64,000 bases of DNA from Vicugna vicugna (Eukaryota), in the NCBI GenBank assembly GCA_013265495.1, contig MU058289.1, positions 2,231,451-2,295,450 on the forward strand, in the 5' to 3' direction. Shown here piece after piece: positions 1-11,714 of this stretch (within the stretch, counting starts at the first letter, position 1; each line of letters begins with the position of its first letter). A program made the position numbers and the translations under genes. The notes beneath the pieces are model-generated. The model saw only the letters and a program-made list of their open reading frames with translations, had not been told where the DNA came from and searched no databases.

Positions 1-118
1 ATCGCGTCCCCCGCCGGCAGAAGGGGCGCCGGGGGAGCGCGGGGGTCGGCGGGTGGCGCCGCGGCGCTGGACCGGCGCCAGGCATGAGCTCAGCAGCCCC
101 GTCGGGGGTTGCCGGCAG

Positions 119-127
119 GTTGCATCA
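119..127 (-). promoter_or_regulatory. C/EBP-ATF composite (CARE/AARE-like) site TGATGCAAC in the predicted intron 1
   Basis: Plus strand gttgcatca = TGATGCAAC on minus, matching the TGATGXAAX consensus. Confidence 0.4.
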
Positions 128-296
128 GACGCCGCGCGGGGCCGCCGCCCGCGCCGCGGTTCGCGCGGGGCCTTCCCAGCGAGCCGGCCGCCTAGGGCCC
201 GACCGGGTCTCCTTCGACACGGGCCGCGCCCACGCGAGCGGTCAGCAGCGCCGCGGCCTCCTCCTCCCACAGCACGCCCGCCCGCGGCCTCCTTAC

Positions 297-480
297 CTGC
301 GCCTCCAACCCGCCCGCCCCCAGGCGGCCTCCACTCCGAGCGGCCCCGCGCGGCACGGCCCGACCCTACCCAGGCCTCGCAGCCCGCGAGTCAGCGAGGA
401 GGAGCGACGGTTACGAAACCCGCAGCCTCCGCCAGTTCCGCCGCCGCCACCACCGGCTTCCCCTCCTCACCGGGGCCGCG
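297..480 (-). other. Putative non-coding first exon (5' UTR) of an unidentified gene; 5' boundary approximate
   Basis: Strong minus-strand donor CAG|GTAAGG (plus strand ccttac|ctg, 291-299); no minus-strand ATG between 297 and 480; CCAAT boxes lie just upstream. Confidence 0.7.
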
Positions 481-1849
481 CGCACCGCCGCTGCGGTCAC
501 GACCAATTGGAGCGCCTGCCTGCGGGGGACACGCCCTCCCCCCGCGACGGGCAGCGTCGTCAGCCAATCGTGGGCGACCTGGCAGCGGGAGGCGGGCACG
601 TGGCGGAGGCGTTGCCCACGGCGCGGCAGGGCGGGCAGGAACGGCTTGCCACTCTTGGCAGCGCCCGGGGTTCTTCCGCGGAGGGCGCGGGGCGGCACCC
701 CAAACTGTGCGCAACCCGCCGCGAGAAAGGTTCTGTAAAAGTCGGAGGCGCTGGAGAACCGTAGCCTTGGGAAGGCAATACATTTCTTTGGAAAGCACAA
801 TTTCCTGAGATGATTTTTTTTGAATCTCCGATTTCTGTTTTGGTTTCCTCACGTCCTCGGGGAGCCCCGCCTCGGCGTTGCTCACTGGGACAATTTCCCG
901 GAATGGCCCCCAAGACTCGCCTCCCTGGTCGCGGGGCGCCCGATGGACGCCTCACCGCCGACAGCCCGCGCCCGTCCAGTGGGGCCTGGAGAGAAGTCTT
1001 GGATCTCAAGGCCGTGAAGGCAACTGCAAACTTGTGGAAAAACGAAGGAAGCAAAATTTTCCCAACGTAGGAGGAGTGTTGACTGTGGTTACGGGGAAGT
1101 GGACTGAATTTCCACGATCGATTCCCTTCTGCAGTCTTCGAGGTGAACAGATTGCGAGACGGGATCTCAAAAAGTGAATGGCAATCCAGTTTTATTTATC
1201 TGAGACAATTCACTGGAGGATCTGAAAGCGTATTACAGCCAGGAAGCAGTGTGCTGGTTGGAGGCAGATAGGTTTGATTGTTTCCTCTTTAGCAATTCTT
1301 ATCGTCCCAAAAATTGGAGTCTTTGAAAGAGGAAACGTTTCTTCATCACCTAGACCATGGCACCAGCTCTCTGCATGAGACTGTTTCGAGGAATCAGTAA
1401 AGTGATGATATAACATTTCCAAAAAAAAAAAAAAAGATATAAAAATAAAAAGGGCCGCGGCTAAAAGTGAACACGGATAACCATAGAAGCACACTTCATA
1501 GAATGACACATCACCAAAATCAGTATGTTTCTTTCACTTTGGCCCTCAGTGTTCTGGGTTGAAATTTCTTTGATCCAGACTTCAGCACTATTAAAACTGG
1601 GTTCCATGTTACTGCTCACAAAATCATAATTTTTCCCTCACCATTTCCTAATCACTTAAAAATGGGGGGTTGGGGGGAAACTATGGATATGTTCACTTAT
1701 CCCCTGGTTTGTTTAACCACTCTGCCAAGGTGCTCCAGCATTCCCTACATCTGTCTGGGCAGGTCTTTTTTCACACTCAGCAGGTCTAATTAGTGCCAAG
1801 GAGACTAGACTATTATTTTCCTCTTCAGCTGGTAGCTGGCAATTCTTCC

Positions 1850-2300
1850 TTCTACTCAGTTTACAAATATTTATTTCATACCAACTATGTGCTAAGCTGT
1901 GGGGATTCAGCAACAAACAAACAGTCCCTGCCCACATGGAGCTTACACATTAGAGCCAGGGAGACAGACATTTAGTATTCACACAGTTTTCTATTGACCA
2001 TTTTCACAGCTATTACAAGAAGTACAAGATGCTGGGAGAGATTGTAAGAAGGGAATCACACCTGGTCTGTGGGTTAGGGAAGCCCTTATAAGATGAGTAG
2101 GATTTGCCTCGGTGGTGCAGCTGAAGTGAATGTGCCAGTCGGAGGGAATGTCTTAGCCAACGGTCTTGAGATGGCAGAATTTAAGGCCAGAGTGGCTGAT
2201 GCACAGTGCCCCAGAGGAAACTGATTAAATAGGCAAGAAGGGTTCTGATTTTCACCCTAAGAGAGATGGGAAGCCTCTGAAGGACTCCCTCTCACTGTAA
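1850..2300 (-). mobile_element. L2 LINE 3' fragment
   Basis: acaaatatttatt...ctatgtgctaagc...gtccctgcccacatggagcttaca is the reverse complement of the L2 3' end. Confidence 0.7.
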
Positions 2301-2589
2301 GCAAATGAGGAGAGCCTGGTAGAGGCTGCCTCTAGATCGAGAAGATTCACCATGTTGTTTCTTGCAAGACACAGGGACCCAAGCCCCTATAATCAAAGAA
2401 AAACTTCCTGCATAGATCTCTGCCTCACTGATACCCAATACATATTCTACAAATCCAAAGAATATGTAAACAAGTAGTACATTAAAATCCCCTCCAAAGG
2501 ACTTGAGAAGTAGATCTCCTGTTGTTTGAACAGGTTTGTTACTTGAGAGCTACTATGATTAACTACTTAGTTATCTAACAGGTATGCAC

Positions 2590-2800
2590 TCTAGTGTCAG
2601 GCTGTTCTAGTTCACAGCTCCACCTCTTACTGGTTGTGTGACCTCAGGCAAATTACTTAACCTCTCAGTCATCTGCAAATGGGGATAACAACAGTACCCA
2701 CCCCATAGGATTCTTCTAGGATTAAAGAAGTTGATTTACATAGGCCCCTAGAACAGTGCTTGCCTGGTACATGGTAGGAGCACAAGAGTATTAGCTATTA
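2590..2800 (+). mobile_element. MIR SINE
   Basis: Core tgtgacctcaggcaaattacttaacctctc...tctgcaaatggggataac...cctggtacatggtag. Confidence 0.85.
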
Positions 2801-3314
2801 TGACCACGATGCTCATACATGAATTATAAACAAATTATATCCATAGAATTATGGTACACTATAATACACTTTAAAACTAGGTCATGCTGAGCTTAATACT
2901 GCTTTGACGATTCAGGCACTGATATACACACAATACTCAAGATGTTGACGTTGACTCTGTAAGGGTATCTCAAAAGGTGTTTTTTAGAACAGTTCCCTTA
3001 CCACCTCTTATCATTTCATTTCTTTCCACAGAGTGGTGAAAAAGTTTAGTAATTTGAAATCTCTTATTGTTTGAAAACCAGATCAACAGAAGTTTGCTAT
3101 GCAAACAAGTATTTATCTTAAATGTGTCGTAAATACTTATGATTTGGAAAGCTTCTGAAAAGTTAATATATCAAATTAACTACCTTTAACAGATCTGGAC
3201 CACAATTACAATATTTTGAGAATGGAGATAATGTTTGTCACAGGTTTGAGTCTCAGCAGATACTTATTGTGGTATATCAGCAATAACGTGACAGTGATTG
3301 GCAATCATTCCACA

Positions 3315-3620
3315 CTGGTTAGGGCTCTTTTGATAGGAAGTAACTGAAAACTATAGCTGACTAGGCTTAGCGTAATGAAGGATTTGGTCAAAGATTTTAG
3401 GGCATTATTCTTTCTTCACATGGCCACTAAGAGCCTCAGTGTTCACAGCTTCAGTCACTAAAGAAAGGCTCACTCTTCTTTTAAGTTCCTGTTACGAAAA
3501 GTCCTAGGCAAGGACTCGGGCTGGTCCAGCTAGGTCAAGGGTTCTTCCCTGGAATGAACAAAAGGCTAGGAGAAGGTCATGATGTACTAACCTGGCAGCT
3601 ATGGAGGGGATGGCAGAAAC
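3315..3620 (-). mobile_element. Old MaLR (MLT1-type) LTR fragment
   Basis: gttagggctctttt...aagtaactgaaaac...ggcttagc resembles an MLT1 LTR terminus; highly diverged. Confidence 0.45.
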
Positions 3621-4339
3621 ACTTCCCAGGGGAAAAGGGATACTGAGCAGACAAATCCATCAATATCCACTTCAAATGCCAGCTCACACTGTGGTCACTC
3701 TGATGGAGACTTAGTCACTCTGGTTGACTGATAATGTTCTGTTCCATATGATGTGATCCCCATCCTTGAGGGCAAAATTTCAACCTCCAATTTCACTTTT
3801 GAAGCACTATTGGGAATGATGACAGCTAAGATGCTAAATGGTTGTCTTAAAACGTCCTCAGATTTCATAAGCATGCCCTATGCATGAAAGAGAAAAACCT
3901 GCCCACAGTTTAAACTTGAACAGTTAGCAAAGAGTGTGACTGTCCATTATAAAGCACTTTTCCACGTGTCAGATTTCATTATCTCGTGAGTTAAGACATG
4001 TCATCCATGTGTTTAAGAATAGTACATGTCATCTGTGCACACAATAGGTGTGTAGCTTGTAAGCACATGAAGACAGGTGCAGGATGTCTGCACACATGAG
4101 GAGCATGCATGTATCTGCACACATAAGATATCTACATATCAGGACAGGTCATTTGTATCTACTTGTGGGTGCAGGAGGGTCTTATTGTTATGTCTTCACC
4201 CCACTGAATAAGCACTGATTGCCTGTTACATAATGATTATAATGCAAATTATTCCAGTGCTTATGAAGCAGAAAACTGAAGATAAATGGAGGGTTCTTTT
4301 GGTTTGTTTACTTGTGATGTATGTCACACCAGTCTCCAT

Positions 4340-4525
4340 TGTAGCAATGTGATGGGTTTTGGAGACAGAACAGGGTGATGCTGGCTAGCATTTACCTAAC
4401 TAAACCTCTGTTCCTCATCTGTAGAGAAAGTTAACAGTCAATCCCTCACAGAGTTGTTATGAGTAAGTAAACTGACATGAAAAGAAGTTAGCATAGTGCC
4501 TGGCACATAAAAGGCACAAAATAAT
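4340..4525 (+). mobile_element. MIR SINE fragment
   Basis: cctctgttcctcatctgt...gttgttatgag...gcatagtgcctggcacata. Confidence 0.7.
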
Positions 4526-4549
4526 CTATCCATCCAAAAAGAATTTATT

Positions 4550-5975
4550 ACCTATGACCCAGTTCTTGGTTTCTAATAACATTCTCCAATAAAAGGAACT
4601 GGGCTCCAGAAATGGCTGATTCTAGGACTGAGACAGGAAATACACAAGATGAGCCTGGAGCATCTTGCAATGCTGGAAAATAAGGAAGTACTCAAAAGCA
4701 AAACAGTGGGGATGAGTATCTTAGCTTGGGCTACAGTAACAAAGAATCACAGACTGGGTGGCTTAAATAAATTTTTCTTAACAGTTCTGGAGGCCGACAA
4801 GTCCAAGATCAAGGTGCCAACAAGGTAGATTTTATTCCGAGGCCTCTTCTCTTGGTTTGTAGGCAGCCACCATCTTGCTGTGTGCTCACATGACCTTTCC
4901 TTTGTGTGGATGCTGGGAGAGAAACACATTCTCTGATGTCTCTTCTTATAAGAGACACTAATCTCATCATAAGAGGGCTTCGTGAACTCATCTAACCTTC
5001 ATGGCTGCCCAAACGCTCTGTCTCTAAATACCATCATGTTTGAGATTAGGGCTTCAGCCTATGATTGTGGGGGGCAGGGGTGAAACACGAACATTCAGTG
5101 CAAAATAGTGTGTCAAAGAGTCAGAGGAGCCAAATGAAATAGACCCCAGTGCCCAAAGAGCCACAGCGCCAATTTGAGTGGCAAAATAAATGATGTAGTA
5201 TTGAATTATAACCCAAAGGATAAAAGGAATATCCACGAGTCTGTGTTGATGTAAATAAACTGTTGAGTAAACAAGTAAGTGTTGGAGAAGAAATAAATCT
5301 CCCACGCAGAAGAATTTCAAATAATTTATGTAGATACTCTGCCCTCACATGGGGGAGCATAATTCTTCACTCCTTAAGTGTGGGCTGCACACAGTGACTT
5401 CCTTCTGAAGAGCAGAGCATGAAAGGGAAACATAAAGAGGAACTTTACAGTGTAGAAACCTGACAAACACTACTACAACCAGGCAACCAAGGTCAACATC
5501 AGTAGTCATAAGCCATGTTGATATAACGAGATGAAAATGGCATTTGACCTCCCAAGAACTCATGATAGTCTAACTGTAACAAAAACACTAGACAAATTTC
5601 ATTAGGAGGGCATTCTACAAAGTACCGTACCAGTATTCCTCACAACTGTCAAGGTCATCAAAAACAAGGAAAGCCAGAAGAAGTGTCACAGTCTGGAGAA
5701 TCCTAATGAGACGTGACAACTAAATTAACGTTTTATCCTGGATGGGATCTTGGAACAGAAAAGGGGCACTGGGCAAAAACTAAGGAAATACAAATGAAGT
5801 ATAGATTTTATTTATTTGATAAGGTATCAATACTAGTTCATTAATTGTAACAAATAAACTATACTAATGTAAGATGTTAATAATAGGGGACACTGGGTGC
5901 ATGGTAAACAGGAAATCTTGATATGATCTCAGTATTTTGCAAATTGTTCTCAAAATAAAGTCTATTTAGAAAAGA
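4550..5975 (+). mobile_element. Old L1 (L1MC/MD-type) 3' UTR interrupted by an MLT1 LTR
   Basis: gaaatggctgattctagg...gagcctggagcatcttg; resumes tgtcaaagagtcagaggagcc after 5107; ends aaaataaagtc + A-rich. Confidence 0.7.
4717..5107 (-). mobile_element. MaLR MLT1 solo LTR
   Basis: cacagactgggtggcttaaa...acagttctggaggc...aagtccaagatcaaggtg...acattcagt; ~390 bp. Confidence 0.85.
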
Positions 5976-6394
5976 GCATTGGAGGTGCACAGCAGTGTTA
6001 ACATTAACATAGGACACCTTAAAATATTAACAAATCAGAGTAAGCCCAGACTCTAGCCAGACTGATGAAGTTGAGCTCAGCAAACATCTTGAGCCCCACT
6101 TCCTACCCTGACCGCTAGGCAAACCCAAGACACAGAGAAATGGAGCCGGAGAGAGGAAACAGAACTACCAGAGCTCCTCCAGGAGGGGAGGAGAGTGATG
6201 AAGAGGGAAGAGGAGGTAAAGAGAGACTAGTTGGTGCTGCAAGATGATGCTAAAGCCCTGGGAGCCATTTTTGGACCATTGAGGAAGCCCCACCCTCACG
6301 TTAAGGTCCGGATGCCAGGTCAGTCTCTGGGAGTGCAAGGCTGCGATGAGAAGGGAAGAGAAGCTCCCCAGGCAGAGAGAGGTTGTTGCCCCAT

Positions 6395-6500
6395 TTACTC
6401 CTTCCTTCGTTCTTTTTCATCTGTCTCAATCAGTGGATGTTTACTGAGGCCCCACTCTGTGCCAGGCACTGTCCCAGGTGCTGGCAGTCCTACAAAGCAA
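6395..6500 (-). mobile_element. L2 3' end fragment
   Basis: tgtttactgaggccccactctgtgccaggcactgtcccaggtgctgg. Confidence 0.6.
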
Positions 6501-8094
6501 GGCGCTGGGGCTGGGGCGGCGGCCGGCTGGGGCCCAAGAGATGAGAAGGAGGCTGAGGAAGCACAGCCAGGCCAGGTGGGCCTGTGGGTTACAGACAGGA
6601 ACCTGTGTCCACTTTTAGGCCTTTGTCATTGTTTATTCTGTTTTCATTTTCTTTTTCTTTCAGATACCTGCTGTAGTAATTATCAGCTCCTGTGTGAGCT
6701 TGGTGGGTGGAGCCACCAATCTCGGTGTGCAGAAGTGTTGGGTTTTTGGCTAGAGGTGAAAGGTGGGGGGTCTGTTGGTTTCCTTTTTCTTTGCAAAGGT
6801 TTCTGAGGAAAAAGCTGGGATTTGGAGGGACCAGCACTATTTTGTGGTCCTGATGAAGAGAGTGACTTTTCCTTCACCATCGTGAACGATCTCGTTTCTT
6901 CTGCCCAGTGGGAAAAGGGGTGAATGAAGAATTGTTTTGATGCCCCTAGGATTTGTGTGTTTGTACAAGTCAGGAATCAGCCCCCTTGGCATGTGGGCAC
7001 CAACTTTGTGAGGAAGAAGCTGAGGGGAAGGCTGTGGTGAGGGGCCTGTCCTCAAGAGACTATGATGACAGGAGATACTAACGGTGCCGTCCATCATGGT
7101 GGGGCCCTGGAGCTGGCTGAGAATTACTTGGTGATGGAGGTTGGAGATCTGTTCTATTACTGATAAAAAGACCCAACTGCACGCACAGGTGGGGAGGACT
7201 GGGCAACCTTGGGATCCAAAATAGTAAGTTTTGTTTAAAAAGAAATTCCAGCTTTATCTTGGCTCAACCATGGATGAAATCAAAGGTGTGTCTTGTGGGA
7301 TCAGAGTTTGCCTAGGGCAGAGCAAAAGGCATAATAAAGTGGAGAATAACAGAAGAAAGCTAGAAATGCCCCATAATTCTGGCATGCCATCTGGTGGGCC
7401 ATTTCTTCCAGTTCCACAGATCCAAATCCTTCCCACTCCTCAAGCCCCATTCCAAGTCTCAACTCCCAGCCTTGGCTGGCTATTCCAGTTCTTGCTCATC
7501 TCACTCTTTCTTCGCAGTGACACCCAATTTAACATTAAAATACATTAAAATGTCATGTTTTTTGCTCTTGTTTTATCTGCCATACTCTATTCTTACCTAG
7601 AAAGGAAAAGTTGTGTTTTATTTATATACTGTCGTGCCATGTACTCTTAAGGCTTCAGAAAACACACCTGGGAAAATGGGTGTCTCCGACCTGAATGGGG
7701 GACCTCGGGAGCACACCACAGTATCCACTACAAGTCACCTCTTGCACTGCTTGAATCCACTGATTACTTTTGGTAAGTTAATGCCATTTGTGAACAGCCT
7801 CTCCAGGATTCTGCAGGGTCTCTTTTCCTGGAGAAACTGGCCAGAAGGTAGCTAGTGGGTGGAGCACAGCCCCTACTGCTGCAGCTGGCCTCAAGGCTAC
7901 AGCAATATGCATTGCCTGCTTCCTGTGTACCCTGTTTAGAGGCCCCCTCACCCCTGGCCAGCACCCCTTCTGGTCTAAGAAGCATACCTATTGGGGTAAC
8001 CCAAACTTTCATCCTTGAGAAATCTGTACCCTTCATTACCATGTCCTTTTAAGGTTTTGGTCGCTGCACTTGTCTGTTTCCCATCAAGACTAGC

Positions 8095-10045
8095 AAGGGA
8101 TCAGTCGTGTGAAGGAAATATGGGACAGATAAACCAGAAACTAAAGACTTTGGTTACCTGTGAGGGGTGGATGGGACTGAGACAGAAAGAATGGGACAGT
8201 GAGAAGAGAGTAGAAGGGATGAGGGAATAAGAGATACCTCTGTGATAACTTTTTGTAAAGCTCTGACTCTGAGGACCATGGTGAGATTTCATAAACCCCA
8301 GAAACAAATAGTTAACACCAATCAGGATGTGGGAGGAACCCCAAATGAAATACAAAGAGTAACAAATAACCTAACAGTACTACAAATGAGCAACATAACC
8401 ACACTGTGGCAAAGAAAGGAACTAACCTGAGTAACTTCAGAAAATAGTATTTTGATTGGATAGGCTAAATACAAAAAGAACTGGACACAGTATATGCTGA
8501 TTACTACACTTTTCAAAGGGGTATGGGCTAGCAACTCTGAAACGATTTTATGTGTATGCTGGGACTCAGCAAGTAAGTAATACATTTGGGTAATGAAAGC
8601 AGGTTTCTCACTTCGGAGAATGGAGTTATGAAAAAGAAAAGAGGAAGAACAGAAGTGAACCCTGTGGTGTTGGACTGGAACCAGAGGTTATGAGAATGAA
8701 TTTATGATTTGTAGTTTACACACAGATTGACAGACACAGAAATACAGATGTGTGTGTAGGGGTGTGTGTGTGAGAATATATACATATACATATTCTTTAT
8801 ATATATTCTTTAGCTGTTCACCCAGAGGACCTAAAAGCAATGACACCCCAGTAACAATGATCCCACTTAGAGGCCAAAACATTGTTACTAAGTATCTTTC
8901 TTCTTTGAGAGGAACTAGGGCTCACTGGAGAAGTGGGTGATGCCAGAGTTGCACAGGGAAAAGACAGGAAGAATCTGGCACATCTTGTGGTGGCAGGGAG
9001 TAAAGAAACGCTGGGGGAAAAATGATGGGAGCATATCAAACGAACATAGGTATTAATTTGAAGAGGTTCTCAATGATCAAATCTGGGACAATTTGAATAA
9101 CAAAATAAATAATAATAATAGATTATAACTCACAGAATAAAACAAATGAGTTTATCCTGACATAAATGATTGAATAAACAAATAAATGGCAGAGAAGAAA
9201 CAGCTCTTCCTTACAGCAAATTCCAATTAATATATATAGAATGATTGAAACAGAGAATCACCATTAGATAAGCTCTGTAGTAAAAACTGTTGCAGGCATG
9301 AATAATCAATGAATATTAAAGTCAATGGATAAGGGGGGGAGGGTATAGCTCAAATGGTAGAATGCATGCTTAGCATGCATGAGGTCCTGGGTTCAATCTC
9401 CAGTACCTCCTCTATGAATAAATAAATAAACCTACTTACCTCCCCACAAAATAAAAAATATAAACAAACAAACAAACAAATAAATAAATAAAACTTTAAA
9501 AATAATAATAAAGTCAATGGGTGAAAGTAAAATGAGAAACAAGATACCGGCATACTCTCAAAGTATCTTCCCACAAGATTACAATGGGAAAAATAACTTT
9601 GCAGTGGAGAAACCTGGAAGACACCACCATAACCAAGCAATCAAAGGTAACATCAGCAGGAATAAAACACACTGACATCATCACCCTGTTATGATGCACT
9701 GTGAAGGGCATGTGACTCCTGGGGCATTCTTGCCAAAATGTATAACCTCAATCCAATCATGAGACAGTATCAGATAAACTCAAATTGAGGGGCAGTCTGT
9801 AAAATGACTGGCCAGCATTCTTCAAAAATGTTAATGTCATGAAAGACAAAGAAAAGCTGAGAAATTGTCCCAGATTAGAGGAGACTAAAGAGACATGGCA
9901 ACTGAAGGCAACACGGGATGCTGCACTGGATTCTGGACCAGCAAAAGAACATCTGTGAGGTGACTGTAGAAAATCAGATCAGGTCTGCAGGTTTGCTAAT
10001 AGTATTGTGTCAATGTTAATTTCCCAAATTTGACCATTTTTCTGT
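8095..10045 (+). mobile_element. Old L1 (L1MC-type) 3' region
   Basis: Typical L1MC 3' UTR blocks (gaaacctggaagacaccaccataaccaag; gtcatgaaagacaaagaaaagctgagaaattgtcccaga). Confidence 0.7.
9333..9508 (+). mobile_element. tRNA-Ala(AGC)-derived SINE (camelid Vic-1-like) with TSD
   Basis: ggggagggtatagctcaa...gcttagcatgcatgaggtcctgggttcaatc; A-rich tail; TSD taaagtcaatggataa (9317-9332) / taaagtcaatgggtga (9509-9524). Confidence 0.9.
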
Positions 10046-10329
10046 GGTCAGATCAGCTTTTTTGCTGGGGAGTTGGGAGTGGAAGCAGCCATTGTGTGAA
10101 GAGACAGGCATCACCCCGCCTCACCCAGATGAACCACCCATTCTAAGCAGATACCACTGGTTATCATGGCCAGAGAGGAGCCAATGGCCAGAAGGAGGCA
10201 AGAACTCCCCAAGTACACAGGACAGAAAGGAAAAAAATCCATGACTAGCACCCAACCCTTGCCCCAAGGCTGACACAGAAGTTAGCAAGTTGCTCCCCTA
10301 CGGAATAGAAACCTGCCACATGGAGGTTA

Positions 10330-10980
10330 TATAAGCTTGCCTTTCAAATCAAAAAAGACAAAGGAAATAATTCATAGGGTTGATTACATAAATATTTAAA
10401 ACTTTTGGATATACAAATACACCATAAATAAAATTAGTAACAAAGGAGAAACTGAAGAAACTGAAGGAGAAACATATAATAAAGTATGAATATTCTTATC
10501 ATACAAGAAACTCCTAAAAATCAATAATCAAAACATGAACATCCACAATATTAAAAAGGGCAAGGGACCAGGACAAGCATTTCATAAAGAAATAATAATG
10601 GCCTGAGACATGAAAAAAAAATTACTTTATTATCAAACAAATGCAGTTAAAGCAATGAGATACCAAATGTTGTCTTTGATTGTAAATAATCAAAAAGAAT
10701 GTTAATAAATGATGCTAGTAAGGAAAGGTAAGGAAACTGGCGCCTCATAGATGGTCAGTGGGAAAGTAGTTTGGTAAAACCTTTCTGGAAGGCTACTTGG
10801 CAATTTGCAATAAAAATCCTAGAAGTTCTTTGATGTACCGTTTGACCTGGCCATTCCAATTCAGTCATTTAGACTAAGAAGATCAATATACATGCGTGCA
10901 AAGTTACAAGGAAGTACATGATACCATTGTTTACGGTAGTAGAAGGAGAAGATTCATCTAAATGTCCATTTGACTGACCC
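10330..10980 (+). mobile_element. Ancient L1 (L1ME-type) ORF2 3' fragment
   Basis: A-rich; aaatgcagttaaagcaatgagatacca...gtgggaaagtagtttggtaaaacctttctggaaggc. Confidence 0.6.
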
Positions 10981-11714
10981 AGTTCTCAAATTCAGTAGGA
11001 AGGAAGGAAGGTGATGTTTGGAAGAAACGATGCCTAACGTAGGTAATTGCTTTAAAGTAACAGGATTATAAATGGGATTATTACTGGATTTTTTTTTTGT
11101 CCCTTTCTTTTGTCTTCTTATCCCTTGAGGAACTGACAGCCTATTTGCAGGGACTGCACTGTAATTTGACCATTAGTGCACAGAACTCTATCCATCCCAC
11201 CTGATCTCAGGTGTCAATTAAAAATGCTCTCCTCTGGGCTGTCTAGTGTTTGAACAAAACCAAGATTAATTATTCGTGTTCTTTCTCTCAAAACAGAGAT
11301 ATACACTTAGCTCTGAAGGAAATATATATACATTTTATATATGTGTGTGTGTGTGTGTATGGTCTCAGACTCAAGAGTTTTATATTTCTAAGTTTAAAAA
11401 CTGACTTTATAAAGATCAGTCTTATTAGAGTCATTCTTTTGTATAAATTCAACTGACATAAAAACTTAAGTGTTTATTTTTAATGAGGATTTATACAGTG
11501 AAATATATTAAAATGTATCCATTTTAATAAGTTTTTAATTAGAAAAAGTGTGAATAACTTTATAATAGTAACAAAAGCTTATATTTAATAAAGCTCTTTT
11601 TATTTCTATAAAGCATATATCTGCATATATTATCTGGAATTTGAATGTTGTAGGATTAGAAACTTGTGAAAAACCAGAATTATAAATACTATTAGAAAAT
11701 CATAAAAAAATCAC

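Larger units (their letters stand above)
1..1160. promoter_or_regulatory. CpG island promoter of a gene transcribed leftward (minus strand) out of the window
   Basis: Very high GC and CpG density against a CpG-poor background; CCAAT boxes (~502 CCAATTGG, ~564 AGCCAATC), GC boxes, E-box CACGTG at 597-602, adjacent splice donor. Confidence 0.9.

Noticed and set aside
297..480. Gene symbol for the minus-strand first exon
   Set aside because: The exon is non-coding and I cannot recognise it reliably; needs BLAST
500..605. ERSE (CCAAT-N9-CCACG) element
   Set aside because: Neither CCAAT box is followed by CCACG at the required 9-nt spacing
53..1177. Long overlapping ORFs (up to 251 aa) in the CpG island
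   Set aside because: Pro/Arg/Ala/Gly-rich, open in several frames on both strands, as expected from stop-codon scarcity in GC-rich DNA; no recognisable domain
6231..6806. 191-aa plus-strand ORF
   Set aside because: Runs through an L2 fragment and a polypyrimidine tract; non-ATG start; no recognisable protein features
9333..9412. Functional tRNA-Ala gene (also at 27855, 42830, 62123)
   Set aside because: CpG-decayed stems, extra 5' G-run, A-rich tails and TSDs identify these as SINEs
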